Source: Actinomycetota bacterium
Lineage (GTDB): Bacteria; Actinomycetota; Aquicultoria; JACQXZ01
Assembly: GCA_016208465.1 (NCBI GenBank)
Contig: JACQXZ010000012.1
Location: forward strand, 3,141 to 58,014
Length of the DNA stretch: 54,874 nt
Reading direction: 5' to 3'
The position numbers and the translations under genes are program-made. This document shows positions 9,972-18,222 of the stretch, piece after piece. Position 1 is the stretch's first letter. The number at the start of each line of letters is the position of its first letter. A model generated the notes under the pieces. It had not been told where the DNA came from and ran no database searches. It saw only the letters and a program-made list of their open reading frames with translations.

Positions 9972-10126
9972 TTTAACTTATCCTTTCTCTCGAAAGATTT
10001 AACCTGAGACGCCACTTTATCTTTTGTGTCACAGCAACTGGGTGGTTTATTGCCAAATTCCTTTTTGTTCGCTTCGGCTAATCTCTTTAAAAAATCATTC
10101 CACCATGCCTTGATTCCTTTAAACAT
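9968..10126 (-). CDS. Small 52-aa LDCC-motif-like putative metal-binding protein (missing from ORF track)
   Basis: Manual translation MFKGIKAWWNDFLKRLAEANKKEFGNKPPSCCDTKDKVASQVKSFERKDKLN; GAAGG upstream; stop overlaps lgt start (TTGA). Confidence 0.65.
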   Translation of the reverse strand: MFKGIKAWWNDFLKRLAEANKKEFGNKPPSCCDTKDKVASQVKSFERKDKLN

Positions 10127-10147
10127 AATTAATTACCTTCTTTGAGT

Positions 10148-10432
10148 TTAAACATCCCTTTTCTCTTTCTTCATCTCTATCTCTATCTCTTTCTCTTTCT
10201 TCTCTGTCATCTCTTCCTTGCATTCATTGTGATTGCTATGATCGTGCGACTTGTGACCAAACATCATAAAAACCATCATTAGCGGACAAAGTAAGAAAAA
10301 CAACAAGTTTCCGCCGCTTCTGAAAATTGGGAATCTTGCCAAAAACGTAATCAAAAAAAGCGGAACAAGACAACAGAGAGCCATCATCGCTAAATGATTG
10401 TGTCCTTTTCCTTTATTGTTCTGAGAATTCAC
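10148..10432 (-). CDS. DUF2933-like small Cys/His/Met-rich membrane protein
   Basis: HLAMMALCCLVP, LLCPLMMVFMM, HKSHDHSNH. Confidence 0.7.
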   Translation of the reverse strand: MNSQNNKGKGHNHLAMMALCCLVPLFLITFLARFPIFRSGGNLLFFLLCPLMMVFMMFGHKSHDHSNHNECKEEMTEKKEKEIEIEMKKEKRDV

Positions 10433-10454
10433 AATATTTCAACCCCTTTGTTTA

Positions 10455-11630
10455 TTAATCCAGATCCCTGGCATTTCTCTTAAGATGATGTTTTGGTCTC
10501 AAAGAAACTGGTTTGATTTTCTTGGCAGTTTTAATATCCTCCAGCTTTCTTATCTTGCGTCTTTTTCTTTCACCTCTTTTTAATTTGACTTCATCTTCTA
10601 ATTCTCTTAATTCTCTCTCTAATCTTTTACGGAACTCTGCTTCTTTATTTTTCTCGGCTGCAATTTCTTTCTCTTCTTTCTTAAAATCTGTTTTAAGCTC
10701 ATCAACTTCATCTTCCAGTTCCATCAACTCTTCTTCGAGCTTCCTGCGAAACTCTGCAGTTCTAGCACTTTCAGAAATAATCTCTCCTTCTTCATTTTTA
10801 ACTTTTGAATCGAGCTTTTCAACTTCGCCCTCTAACTTCTCCCATTCTTCCTTTCTGTCTTCTGTCTTCTGTCTTCTGACTTCTGACTCCTTCTCTATTC
10901 CTATTTCTTCTTTCACTGGCGGCTCTGATTTTATCTTTGGCTCAACTCTAAAATCAGCGCCGGTGCTGTCTGAAAAAATCATTCCATCTTTTATCTGAAC
11001 AATCCGTCCTACGTTCTCAAGTGACTCCGGGTTATGGGTAACCATTATAATTGTTTGTCCTTCTTTGTGAAGTTCATGAAACAAACGAAGTACTTCAGCG
11101 CCGGTTTTTGTATCCAGACTGCCAACCGGCTCATCAGCCAGAATAATAGGAGGATTATTAACAAGCGCTCTTGCAATTGCTACCCTGCTTTGCTCGCCGC
11201 CTGAAAGCTCAGAGGGAAGTTTGTTCAGCTTGCTTGAAAGGCCCATCTTTTCTAAAACCTGAATTGCTCTTTCTTCGTGATTCTTTAAATCAGTTACCAC
11301 CAATGGCAGCATTACGTTTTCAAGAGCTGTTAAGTAAGGAACAAGCTGAAGCTGTTGAAATACGAATCCTAAATATTCCCGTCTGAAATCCGCCCGTCTT
11401 TCCTGAGTCAACTTATAAACATCAATTCCATCAACTTCAAGAATTCCATCACTTGGAGGATTCATTGCGCCAAGGATTGAAAGCAATGTGCTCTTGCCAG
11501 ATCCAGAAGGACCAATTATTGCTACAAACTCTCCATGGTTAATTTCAAAACTTACTTTTCTTAGAGCATTTACCCGTCCTTCGCCCTCGCCGTAATGTTT
11601 TGAAATCTCGTTTACACTAATTAAGATCAT
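10455..11630 (-). CDS. ABC transporter ATP-binding protein (LolD/MacB-like) with long charged C-terminal extension
   Basis: [20 protein letters not shown]; about 165 extra charged residues. Confidence 0.9.
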   Translation of the reverse strand: MILISVNEISKHYGEGEGRVNALRKVSFEINHGEFVAIIGPSGSGKSTLLSILGAMNPPSDGILEVDGIDVYKLTQERRADFRREYLGFVFQQLQLVPYLTALENVMLPLVVTDLKNHEERAIQVLEKMGLSSKLNKLPSELSGGEQSRVAIARALVNNPPIILADEPVGSLDTKTGAEVLRLFHELHKEGQTIIMVTHNPESLENVGRIVQIKDGMIFSDSTGADFRVEPKIKSEPPVKEEIGIEKESEVRRQKTEDRKEEWEKLEGEVEKLDSKVKNEEGEIISESARTAEFRRKLEEELMELEDEVDELKTDFKKEEKEIAAEKNKEAEFRKRLERELRELEDEVKLKRGERKRRKIRKLEDIKTAKKIKPVSLRPKHHLKRNARDLD

Positions 11631-11639
11631 TTTGACCCC

Positions 11640-12800
11640 CTATAAGTTCTTCAGCGATTCCGCGGGATCAAGATTCGCGGCTCGCCTTGCTGGAAGAGAA
11701 CTTGAAATCAATCCGATAATTACTGACAATACCACTGAAACTACCAGCAGATAGACATTAAAACTGGCTGCTACTTTGATAGATTTTACAAAAAACGGAA
11801 GCAGTTTTGCCGCGGTAAAACCTGTAAAATAACCAACCCATCCGCCAATAAGACTCAAAATGAATGCCTCAATTAAAATTATTTTTGCAACTTTTGTCTG
11901 GCGATATCCAATCGCTCTAAAAATCCCGATTTCTCTTGTTCTGTCATTTACAGATGATGTCATTGTGGTAAAAACAATCAGCCCGCTGATAAAAATAATC
12001 ACAAAAGTAACCGCTAATCCGAACTTGCCTAATTGCCCCATTGCATCCTCTTTGTATTTAACAGCCTGCTTAACCGATGAAACCTCGGCGTTTGGAAGAG
12101 TTTTATTTACTTCTTCAACAATAGAATCAATGTCTTCCGTGCTTTTCGCCGAGATCTCAATTAAATTAATTTCACTCTTGCGTTTTAGGAAATTCTGAAA
12201 TAGAGAAAGACTTCCGAAAATCAAATCATCATCCTGACTGCCAGTTGTTTTTAAAATTCCTGCTATTTCAAATTTCTTCTCGTGAATCGAAATGCTGTCA
12301 CCGACTTTTAAACCTAATTTTTTGGAGGCATCAGAACCCAATAATAACTGATTAGTATTTACAACCGGCGGTTTACCTTTGATCTGCCACCATTTTTTTA
12401 TAACTAATTCCTGACGTATGTCTATCCCAACCAAAAGCACCTGTTTCTGCTTTACCGTCACCGCGTGAAGTATTTTAGGAGAAATCACTTGTATAAGGTC
12501 TGAGTTCTTGATTGATTTTATCTTTTTTACATCGGAATCACTTAAGGTTCTCACTTTATATGACTGAACACCTGAAATTGTAATTCCGCCATAAGAAAGT
12601 GAAAGATCAGACGATTTTGGATAAACCATTATATTAAAACCATAAGCGTTCAATTCTTCACTAATACTGCTTTGAAATGCCAGCATAATTGAAAGAACAG
12701 AAACAAAAGCTGTAATCCCAACAGCTAATCCTGCTACTACCAGAATCATTTTGCCTTTCCTTCTGTTTATATTTTTAAACGCAATTGTTCTAAGATACAT
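11640..12800 (-). CDS. ABC transporter permease, MacB/FtsX family
   Basis: TM1, large extracytoplasmic domain, RTREIGIFRAIG, PARRAANLDP. Confidence 0.9.
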   Translation of the reverse strand: MYLRTIAFKNINRRKGKMILVVAGLAVGITAFVSVLSIMLAFQSSISEELNAYGFNIMVYPKSSDLSLSYGGITISGVQSYKVRTLSDSDVKKIKSIKNSDLIQVISPKILHAVTVKQKQVLLVGIDIRQELVIKKWWQIKGKPPVVNTNQLLLGSDASKKLGLKVGDSISIHEKKFEIAGILKTTGSQDDDLIFGSLSLFQNFLKRKSEINLIEISAKSTEDIDSIVEEVNKTLPNAEVSSVKQAVKYKEDAMGQLGKFGLAVTFVIIFISGLIVFTTMTSSVNDRTREIGIFRAIGYRQTKVAKIILIEAFILSLIGGWVGYFTGFTAAKLLPFFVKSIKVAASFNVYLLVVSVVLSVIIGLISSSLPARRAANLDPAESLKNL

Positions 12801-12812
12801 TTTCTTGGGCTC

Positions 12813-13970
12813 CTAAACAGCTTCAAGAGCAGTTACCGGATCAAGTTTTGCCGCGGCGATTGCCGGATATAGACTGGAAACAAACGAAAGCAACACTGCT
12901 CCGCCGATTGCAATAATTGCCAGTTGGGCATCAAGTTCAATCGGGACATCAATATTGGCGGAACCTGACGCAATAAATTTCGCTATTCCAAAACCAGCCA
13001 GATAACCAATTGTTCCTGAGACAAAACTCATAAAAACTGATTCAGATAAAATTATCTGGAGTATGTGAGCTCTTCGGTAACCCATAGCTCTGAATATCCC
13101 GATTTCACGCCTGCGTTCCCTGACAGAACTAAGCATATTGGTAAAAACAATCAGCGCCGCTACTACCATCATAATAACCGAAAGAACCACTGCAAAAGTT
13201 ATAAACTGACCAACCAGATTATTACGCGATTTGGCTGCCTGCAAAAGAGCTGATACTTTCGCTCCGGGAATTTTTTCTGAAGTCTGGGCAACAATCTGCT
13301 CAATCGGACAGGTACTGCAAAATGCGGCTACTTCAATTAAACTTAACTGACCAGATTTTTTAAATATGTTCTGAGCCCGTTGTAGATCCATATAAATTAA
13401 ATCATCTTCCTGCGTTCCTACTCTATTGATGATTCCGGAAACTTTATAAGACAAACCTTCCAGTTTAACAGTATCATTAACCTTTAAGCCTAACTTATTA
13501 GAAGCGCTAGCTCCTAATAAAATATCCTGCGAAGTTACAGGCGCTTTTCCTTTTATTTCCCACCATTTCTTAAGACGAAGTTCTTCACCAAAATTAACCC
13601 CGACAATCATAACGCGTTTCCCTTTGATATCCTGAACTCCTAATAATTTTGGCGCCACTATATTTATATTTTCTTTATTCTTAATTGTTCTTATTTTCGC
13701 GGCATCTTCCTCTGTTAAAGTATTCGCTTCATACTGAAGTCCGCCCAGAGTAACCCCGCCGTAAGAAAGCGATAGATTTTTTGATTTCGGAACGATAACC
13801 ATATTGGCGCCAAACGCATCTATTTTATTCGCCAAATCAAGCTGCATTGCCCAAGCAACAAGATATAAAGCAACAACCGTAGTTACGCCAAGCGTTAAAG
13901 CCATCATCAGCAAAGCAACCCTTGGAAGATGTCTGGTTACATTTCTGGTTGTTATTCTTGAGAGTTTCAT
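12813..13970 (-). CDS. ABC transporter permease, MacB/FtsX family, with extracytoplasmic CxxC
   Basis: RRREIGIFRAMG; AAFCSTCPI; start set at ATG 13970 because the GTG at 14000 lies inside a heptamer repeat. Confidence 0.88.
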   Translation of the reverse strand: MKLSRITTRNVTRHLPRVALLMMALTLGVTTVVALYLVAWAMQLDLANKIDAFGANMVIVPKSKNLSLSYGGVTLGGLQYEANTLTEEDAAKIRTIKNKENINIVAPKLLGVQDIKGKRVMIVGVNFGEELRLKKWWEIKGKAPVTSQDILLGASASNKLGLKVNDTVKLEGLSYKVSGIINRVGTQEDDLIYMDLQRAQNIFKKSGQLSLIEVAAFCSTCPIEQIVAQTSEKIPGAKVSALLQAAKSRNNLVGQFITFAVVLSVIMMVVAALIVFTNMLSSVRERRREIGIFRAMGYRRAHILQIILSESVFMSFVSGTIGYLAGFGIAKFIASGSANIDVPIELDAQLAIIAIGGAVLLSFVSSLYPAIAAAKLDPVTALEAV

Positions 13971-14018
13971 TTTAACTCCGGACCCCGTCTTACGTTTCAC
14001 GTTTAACGTCTTACGTCT

Positions 14019-14594
14019 CTATATTTCACTAAACTGGTTATTTCTGTATGATAACTCTTTAACTAGTTCCCCATCTTTATAAATATTACACTGAATATGA
14101 CAACCAAAGTCTTGTGATTTAACAGTAACATTCCTGTCACCATATTTAGTTGCGTAAAAGTCAAGAGCGGCTGCTTCTATTTTTTGAAGCTCCGCAGGAT
14201 TAGTGGCGGCTGCTGATCCGCCTCCACAGCAACCGCCGCCAGAACCACCACTTGAACCACTAGAATTGTTATTTGAAGTTGTAGCAAACTGAACGGGTGT
14301 GCCATTATAACCAGAAGAAAAATTGTCGTTTGCTAAAGACGCTTCATTTTTAGACTGAAAAATAAAAATATTCAAAACTAAAAACAAAACACCTACTGTA
14401 ATTGTTGTTGCCACAATTGTACCTAATTGGCTCTTAAAAACTTTCTTGTAATTTTTGTTTTTATTTTTGCTTTCATAACCAACTTCTGCTAGTTCTCTTT
14501 TTATACGTTTTATTTTCTTCTTAGCCAATTCCAATTCAGACAATAGTTTTGTTGATTTTTCATAACCTTCACTTTCATAATCTTTGTCATTCAT
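14019..14594 (-). CDS. Membrane-anchored Cys-rich hypothetical protein
   Basis: Single TM, then GGGCCGGG and DFGCHIQC motifs. Confidence 0.65.
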   Translation of the reverse strand: MNDKDYESEGYEKSTKLLSELELAKKKIKRIKRELAEVGYESKNKNKNYKKVFKSQLGTIVATTITVGVLFLVLNIFIFQSKNEASLANDNFSSGYNGTPVQFATTSNNNSSGSSGGSGGGCCGGGSAAATNPAELQKIEAAALDFYATKYGDRNVTVKSQDFGCHIQCNIYKDGELVKELSYRNNQFSEI

Positions 14595-14673
14595 ATTTTG
14601 TTCCCTCCTGTATTCTTCGGTATTGTCAAAATCTTTCTAATTGATGCGGAATCCAGTTCTTCTCTTTATTTTC

Positions 14674-14700
14674 CTGGATTCCCGCTTTCGCGGGAATGAC
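14674..14700. repeat. REP-like palindrome GTCATTCCCGCGAAAGCGGGAATCCAG
   Basis: 8-bp stem ATTCCCGC/GCGGGAAT; half copy at 14641-14656; abuts a TCTGTTG heptamer array (14709-14750). Confidence 0.75.
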
Positions 14701-14749
14701 ATTTGTTTTCTGTCTTCTGTTGTCTGTTGTCTGTTGTCTGTTGTCTGTC

Positions 14750-15531
14750 TTATATTCTTGGCTTCCACGATGCAATTCCAGAAGCTTTAATATATATCTT
14801 TCCATCTTTGATTTCGTGTTGGAATTCGTCCGGTGGATATTTCGGACACCCGCCTGAAATACCTTCGAGTGTCTCAAGATTCCACTTAGTTCCACAAGCC
14901 TTACAGGTTAAGGTCTGATCCGCGGAATCTATGTAGAACAATGTCGATTTACAAGGTTCACATAAACTAACACCAGTAACTAATTTACCGGATGGAGCAA
15001 TATAAGCAACCAACGGAAATGGTCGGGCCGCTCCAAAACCAGAAGGAATAGTTACTTTACTGTATTCAAAACCGACAAGTTTATTTTTTTTCACATCATC
15101 AAGAGAAACAACCACACTGTCTCCTGTTTCTTCTGCCTTAACAGGGATCATCTCAATCTTGCCTGTTGTAGAATAGTCTATTGGATCAGAGACCACCGAG
15201 CGTTCAACTTTTATGGCCGGACCTCTCCGACTGGAAAAGAATATTCCTCCAACTACGCCTAAGATAAGCACAAGTACTCCGACTGTTTTAAATATCCCTT
15301 TTGATCCGCTTGATTTGCCGCTGACAAATCTTTCTCTCTTATCTTCAAAATCATTATCTCTATCCCGATATACGGGTCTATCCCTATATGCAGATCTAAT
15401 CTGTCCTCTGTCTTCTGACTTCTGACTTCTGACTTTTCTTCCTAATCTTTCTCTCTCTGGCTCTCATCGTCTCTTAAATATTCTCTATTTGCTTTAGATC
15501 TTGGTAGATCTTCATACCTATCATCTTTCAT
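14750..15531 (-). CDS. DUF2318/FtrD-like membrane-anchored Fe-S protein, apparently frameshifted near 15450
   Basis: CEPC, CKAC, GGCPKYP motifs; strong SD (AGGAGG) precedes ATG 15531, whose frame stops after 29 codons while the main frame is open from about 15460. Confidence 0.7.
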
Positions 15532-15616
15532 TTCAGCAAATCCTCCTTTTATCATTCACGCTTAAATTGATTTTCTTCTAAAGTTTATAAATTCCTGTAT
15601 AAATAATCTTATCTAT

Positions 15617-15633
15617 TACTACCTTCTGTAGTA
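15617..15633. promoter_or_regulatory. BlaI-type operator upstream of the metal/ABC operon
   Basis: Perfect TACTAC-CTTCT-GTAGTA; same motif twice in the repressor promoter. Confidence 0.8.
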
Positions 15634-15659
15634 TTAGAGGGCAAAAAAATTCCTCTTCT

Positions 15660-16577
15660 TTAAAAATGACCAAGATAGTTACTATCGTTGCAATTAAAAC
15701 GATTACCCACTTTAACGCACTGACTTGACGATCTCTCGCTAACAGCCAATGCGGTTGCTGTAAATATGATTACCATTATAAGTGTTGCCAAAACTGCTAT
15801 AACAAAACCTTTCAAAGGTTTTCGAACTTCCTTTTTATCTATTAAGCGGGTAATTCTTTCATGTATTGAGGCTCTGTCGGAAAATGCCGGAGCATAACTT
15901 AAAATCATAGGTGTCTCAACAAAATGCATTTTGGCAACTTTAACCAATGCTCTTGCTAAAACCAATGGATCCTTAGTGACACTAATCGCATAATCATCTG
16001 CCGCTTTCTCTTTTTCCATACAAAATTCTTCAAACAGATAATGGCTGAGCGGCAGGAAAAACATAAAGTCTCTTACAAAAATTCCAAGATTAAGCAAAAT
16101 ATTATCCCGGTGCTTAATGTGAGCGATCTCGTGAATAACAAGAGCCTTAAATTCAGAATCTTCCAGTTTATTTATAATCGAGGAAGCAATATAAATTTGT
16201 GGTTTAAAAATTCCCCAGACAAACGCCAGTGGTATATTGGTATCCAGAATGTTTACTTTATATCCATCAATTAATATACTTTCCCACTGAGTTGCTTTTA
16301 TATGTCTGGCAGTAAGATAAACAATGAAAAGATTTCTGCCTACAGCCCATAAAAACGCGCTAAGTCCTACTAACAGTAAAATAGCAAGAATTGGATTTGA
16401 CATTAAAATCTTTCCAATAGTGTTCTGGGCGTGAGTGCAAAATTCGCGAACTTGGTCAAGGCTAACATATGTACTCATTCCGGCTATTGTTGTAAATAAT
16501 AACCCAACGAGTCCAAGCGCTATCAATAAAGAAACGGATAATCTGGAATTGTGATAAGATTTAAAATTAACCTTCAA
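15660..16577 (-). CDS. M56 family (BlaR1-like) membrane metallopeptidase without penicillin-binding domain
   Basis: HEIAH zincin motif, EKAADD, ERITRL; start overlaps the repressor stop. Confidence 0.88.
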   Translation of the reverse strand: MKVNFKSYHNSRLSVSLLIALGLVGLLFTTIAGMSTYVSLDQVREFCTHAQNTIGKILMSNPILAILLLVGLSAFLWAVGRNLFIVYLTARHIKATQWESILIDGYKVNILDTNIPLAFVWGIFKPQIYIASSIINKLEDSEFKALVIHEIAHIKHRDNILLNLGIFVRDFMFFLPLSHYLFEEFCMEKEKAADDYAISVTKDPLVLARALVKVAKMHFVETPMILSYAPAFSDRASIHERITRLIDKKEVRKPLKGFVIAVLATLIMVIIFTATALAVSERSSSQCVKVGNRFNCNDSNYLGHF

Positions 16578-17029
16578 TTTAAACTATCTCCCTCTGGAGA
16601 ATCTTCGGATTCTTTTAAAATCCGGCGCTCAAGCTCTTCCAGCTTCTTTTTGTCATCGCTTGAAACAGCCTCAACAAAATGAGAAAGAGCAGAAGCGCTT
16701 ATTCCAGTAAACAAACTCTTAAGCACTTCTTCAGCTGTTTTTTTCTGAAAATCCGCTTTGCTAATCGACGGGGAATAAATAAAGGCGTTGCAATTCTTCT
16801 CTCTTACAAGCAACCCCTTTTCAGCAAGACGGCCCATCACGGTCATAACAGTTGTGTAAGCCACTTCGCGACTTTTGTTAATCTGAACAAAAACATCGCG
16901 AACCGAAACTGTGCCACCACACCAAACGCAATCCATAATATCAGCTTCTAGTTCGCCCAAGACTTTTCTTGTCCCGTTTTCAGCAGGATAAAATTTATTG
17001 ATTTTTAGCTTATTTACATATTTCTTCAT
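16574..17029 (-). CDS. blaI: BlaI/MecI family transcriptional repressor
   Basis: LGELEADIM, AYTTVMTVMGRLAEKG winged helix; no C-terminal CxC. Confidence 0.9.
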   Translation of the reverse strand: MKKYVNKLKINKFYPAENGTRKVLGELEADIMDCVWCGGTVSVRDVFVQINKSREVAYTTVMTVMGRLAEKGLLVREKNCNAFIYSPSISKADFQKKTAEEVLKSLFTGISASALSHFVEAVSSDDKKKLEELERRILKESEDSPEGDSLN

Positions 17030-17048
17030 AATTTAAACCTTCTTTAGC

Positions 17049-17090
17049 TACTACTAAACGTAGTATACTACAATATGTCGTAAAAATCAA
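17049..17090 (-). promoter_or_regulatory. Sigma70 promoter overlapped by two tandem BlaI-type operators
   Basis: TTGATT-17-TATACT on minus strand; TACTAC-TAAAC-GTAGTA (17049-17065) and TACTAC-AATAT-GTCGTA (17066-17082). Confidence 0.8.
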
Positions 17091-17241
17091 CCGTAATCTT
17101 TAATTTTTTTAGAATTCTTTTTATTCCAATTTCGGATACGCCCAGCGAGGTTAAATACCATCCTATCAAGAACAAATTTTCAATAATTCGTCGAAAAAGT
17201 CAAAAGAAGGTATTTTCCTTGTAAAAAAGGTTTTTCGACAG

Positions 17242-17298
17242 CTTCAACGCCTGCCTTCAGTAGCGCTTTCTATCGCCCGCTGCAAGGCGTTGTTATCT
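17242..17298 (-). other. Integron attC site (57 bp)
   Basis: AGATAAC-5bp-CTTGCAG...CTGAAG-6bp-GTTGAAG with one extrahelical base; directly after the vapC stop. Confidence 0.75.
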
Positions 17299-17303
17299 GA
17301 CTG

Positions 17304-17666
17304 TTACTTGTTAAAGTCCAAACCCAGCTTTGAAGAAACTTCATCCAGTTTTTTGTCAAGAGTCCATATTGGAACTCCTGTTAATACTGCCGACGCAATC
17401 AGGTGGACATCAATATAGCCTAATCCCTTCCCTATAAGTTTATTACTCTCTATAAATTGCATAACTTCTTCATGTTCTGCCTGGGTCGCCATGGGAAGTG
17501 CTTGAAGAAGTGAAAGTATTTCAGATCTATTACCGAGATTCCCACAAGCCAGTTCACCAACTATAAACGGATGACAAATAACATCTCCATCATTTAATAA
17601 TCCCTCAAGCTTTGTATTGCCCTCCCGCAGATGGGATACCCATACCGAAGTATCAACAATAACCAT
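17304..17666 (-). CDS. vapC: VapC PIN-domain toxin
   Basis: VIVDTSVW, GELACG, GLGYIDVHL, WTLDKKL. Confidence 0.9.
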   Translation of the reverse strand: MVIVDTSVWVSHLREGNTKLEGLLNDGDVICHPFIVGELACGNLGNRSEILSLLQALPMATQAEHEEVMQFIESNKLIGKGLGYIDVHLIASAVLTGVPIWTLDKKLDEVSSKLGLDFNK

Positions 17667-17667
17667 T

Positions 17668-17868
17668 TTATCTATTTTCTGTTCTTCTGCGAGGTATCAT
17701 TCTCAATTTCTTTTCAGTTCCCCCTAATCTGGCAAGTCTCTTACTGCTTTCCCTCGCAATCAAGGCTTCCAGACCACGCTTGACTAAAGTCGTCTTTTCC
17801 TTAATGCCAGTCAATCTTGACGCCTTATCAATCAATTTGTCCTCTATATTTAATGTTGTCCTCATCAT
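17668..17868 (-). CDS. vapB: VapB antitoxin
   Basis: MRTTLNIED...EKTTLVKRGLEALIARES; immediately upstream of the PIN gene. Confidence 0.88.
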   Translation of the reverse strand: MMRTTLNIEDKLIDKASRLTGIKEKTTLVKRGLEALIARESSKRLARLGGTEKKLRMIPRRRTENR

Positions 17869-17953
17869 TTTTCACCTCAACTATATGTAATATTATATGT
17901 ATAAGTATGTCTTAATAAAGCATATTTGTCAAGTAGCATCTGAGTTCGTTTCT

Positions 17954-17985
17954 TCAGATAACCACTAAGCATACTGACCCCGCCC
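17954..17985 (-). other. Putative attI/core site at the cassette 5' boundary
   Basis: GTTATCTGA on minus strand is the exact 9-bp complement of TCAGATAAC at the attC start. Confidence 0.55.
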
Positions 17986-18155
17986 TGCAGTCCATCTCTC
18001 AAATTTATCTATCTGAAAAACTAAGATTTACCAGTAAGTTCCTGCATTTTTAGAGCTTCGCCAATTCTTCTTTACTTAACAAATACTGCGAATCTTGCAG
18101 TCTATCGTGATATCAGCCCGCAGTATATACAGACCAACAAGCCACAGCTTATTAG

Positions 18156-18215
18156 TCAGAGTCGATCCGCAGAGTTGAAAACTCCATGTCCGCTTCGGTT
18201 TAAGACGTGAGTATA
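18156..18215 (-). pseudogene. intI: 3' relic of integron integrase
   Basis: Translates YTHVLNRSGHGVFNSADRL*, matching the IntI C-terminal consensus YTHVLNRGGxGVxSPxD. Confidence 0.65.
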
Positions 18216-18222
18216 ATAAACA

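Noticed and set aside
14626-14895. 89-aa ORF containing TDNRQQ and VIPAKAGIQ
   Set aside because: Translation of a heptamer array and REP palindrome overlapping the DUF2318-like gene
16574-17029. CopY assignment
   Set aside because: No C-terminal CxC/CxCxxxxCxC, paired with an M56 peptidase, and the operator is not TACA-NN-TGTA
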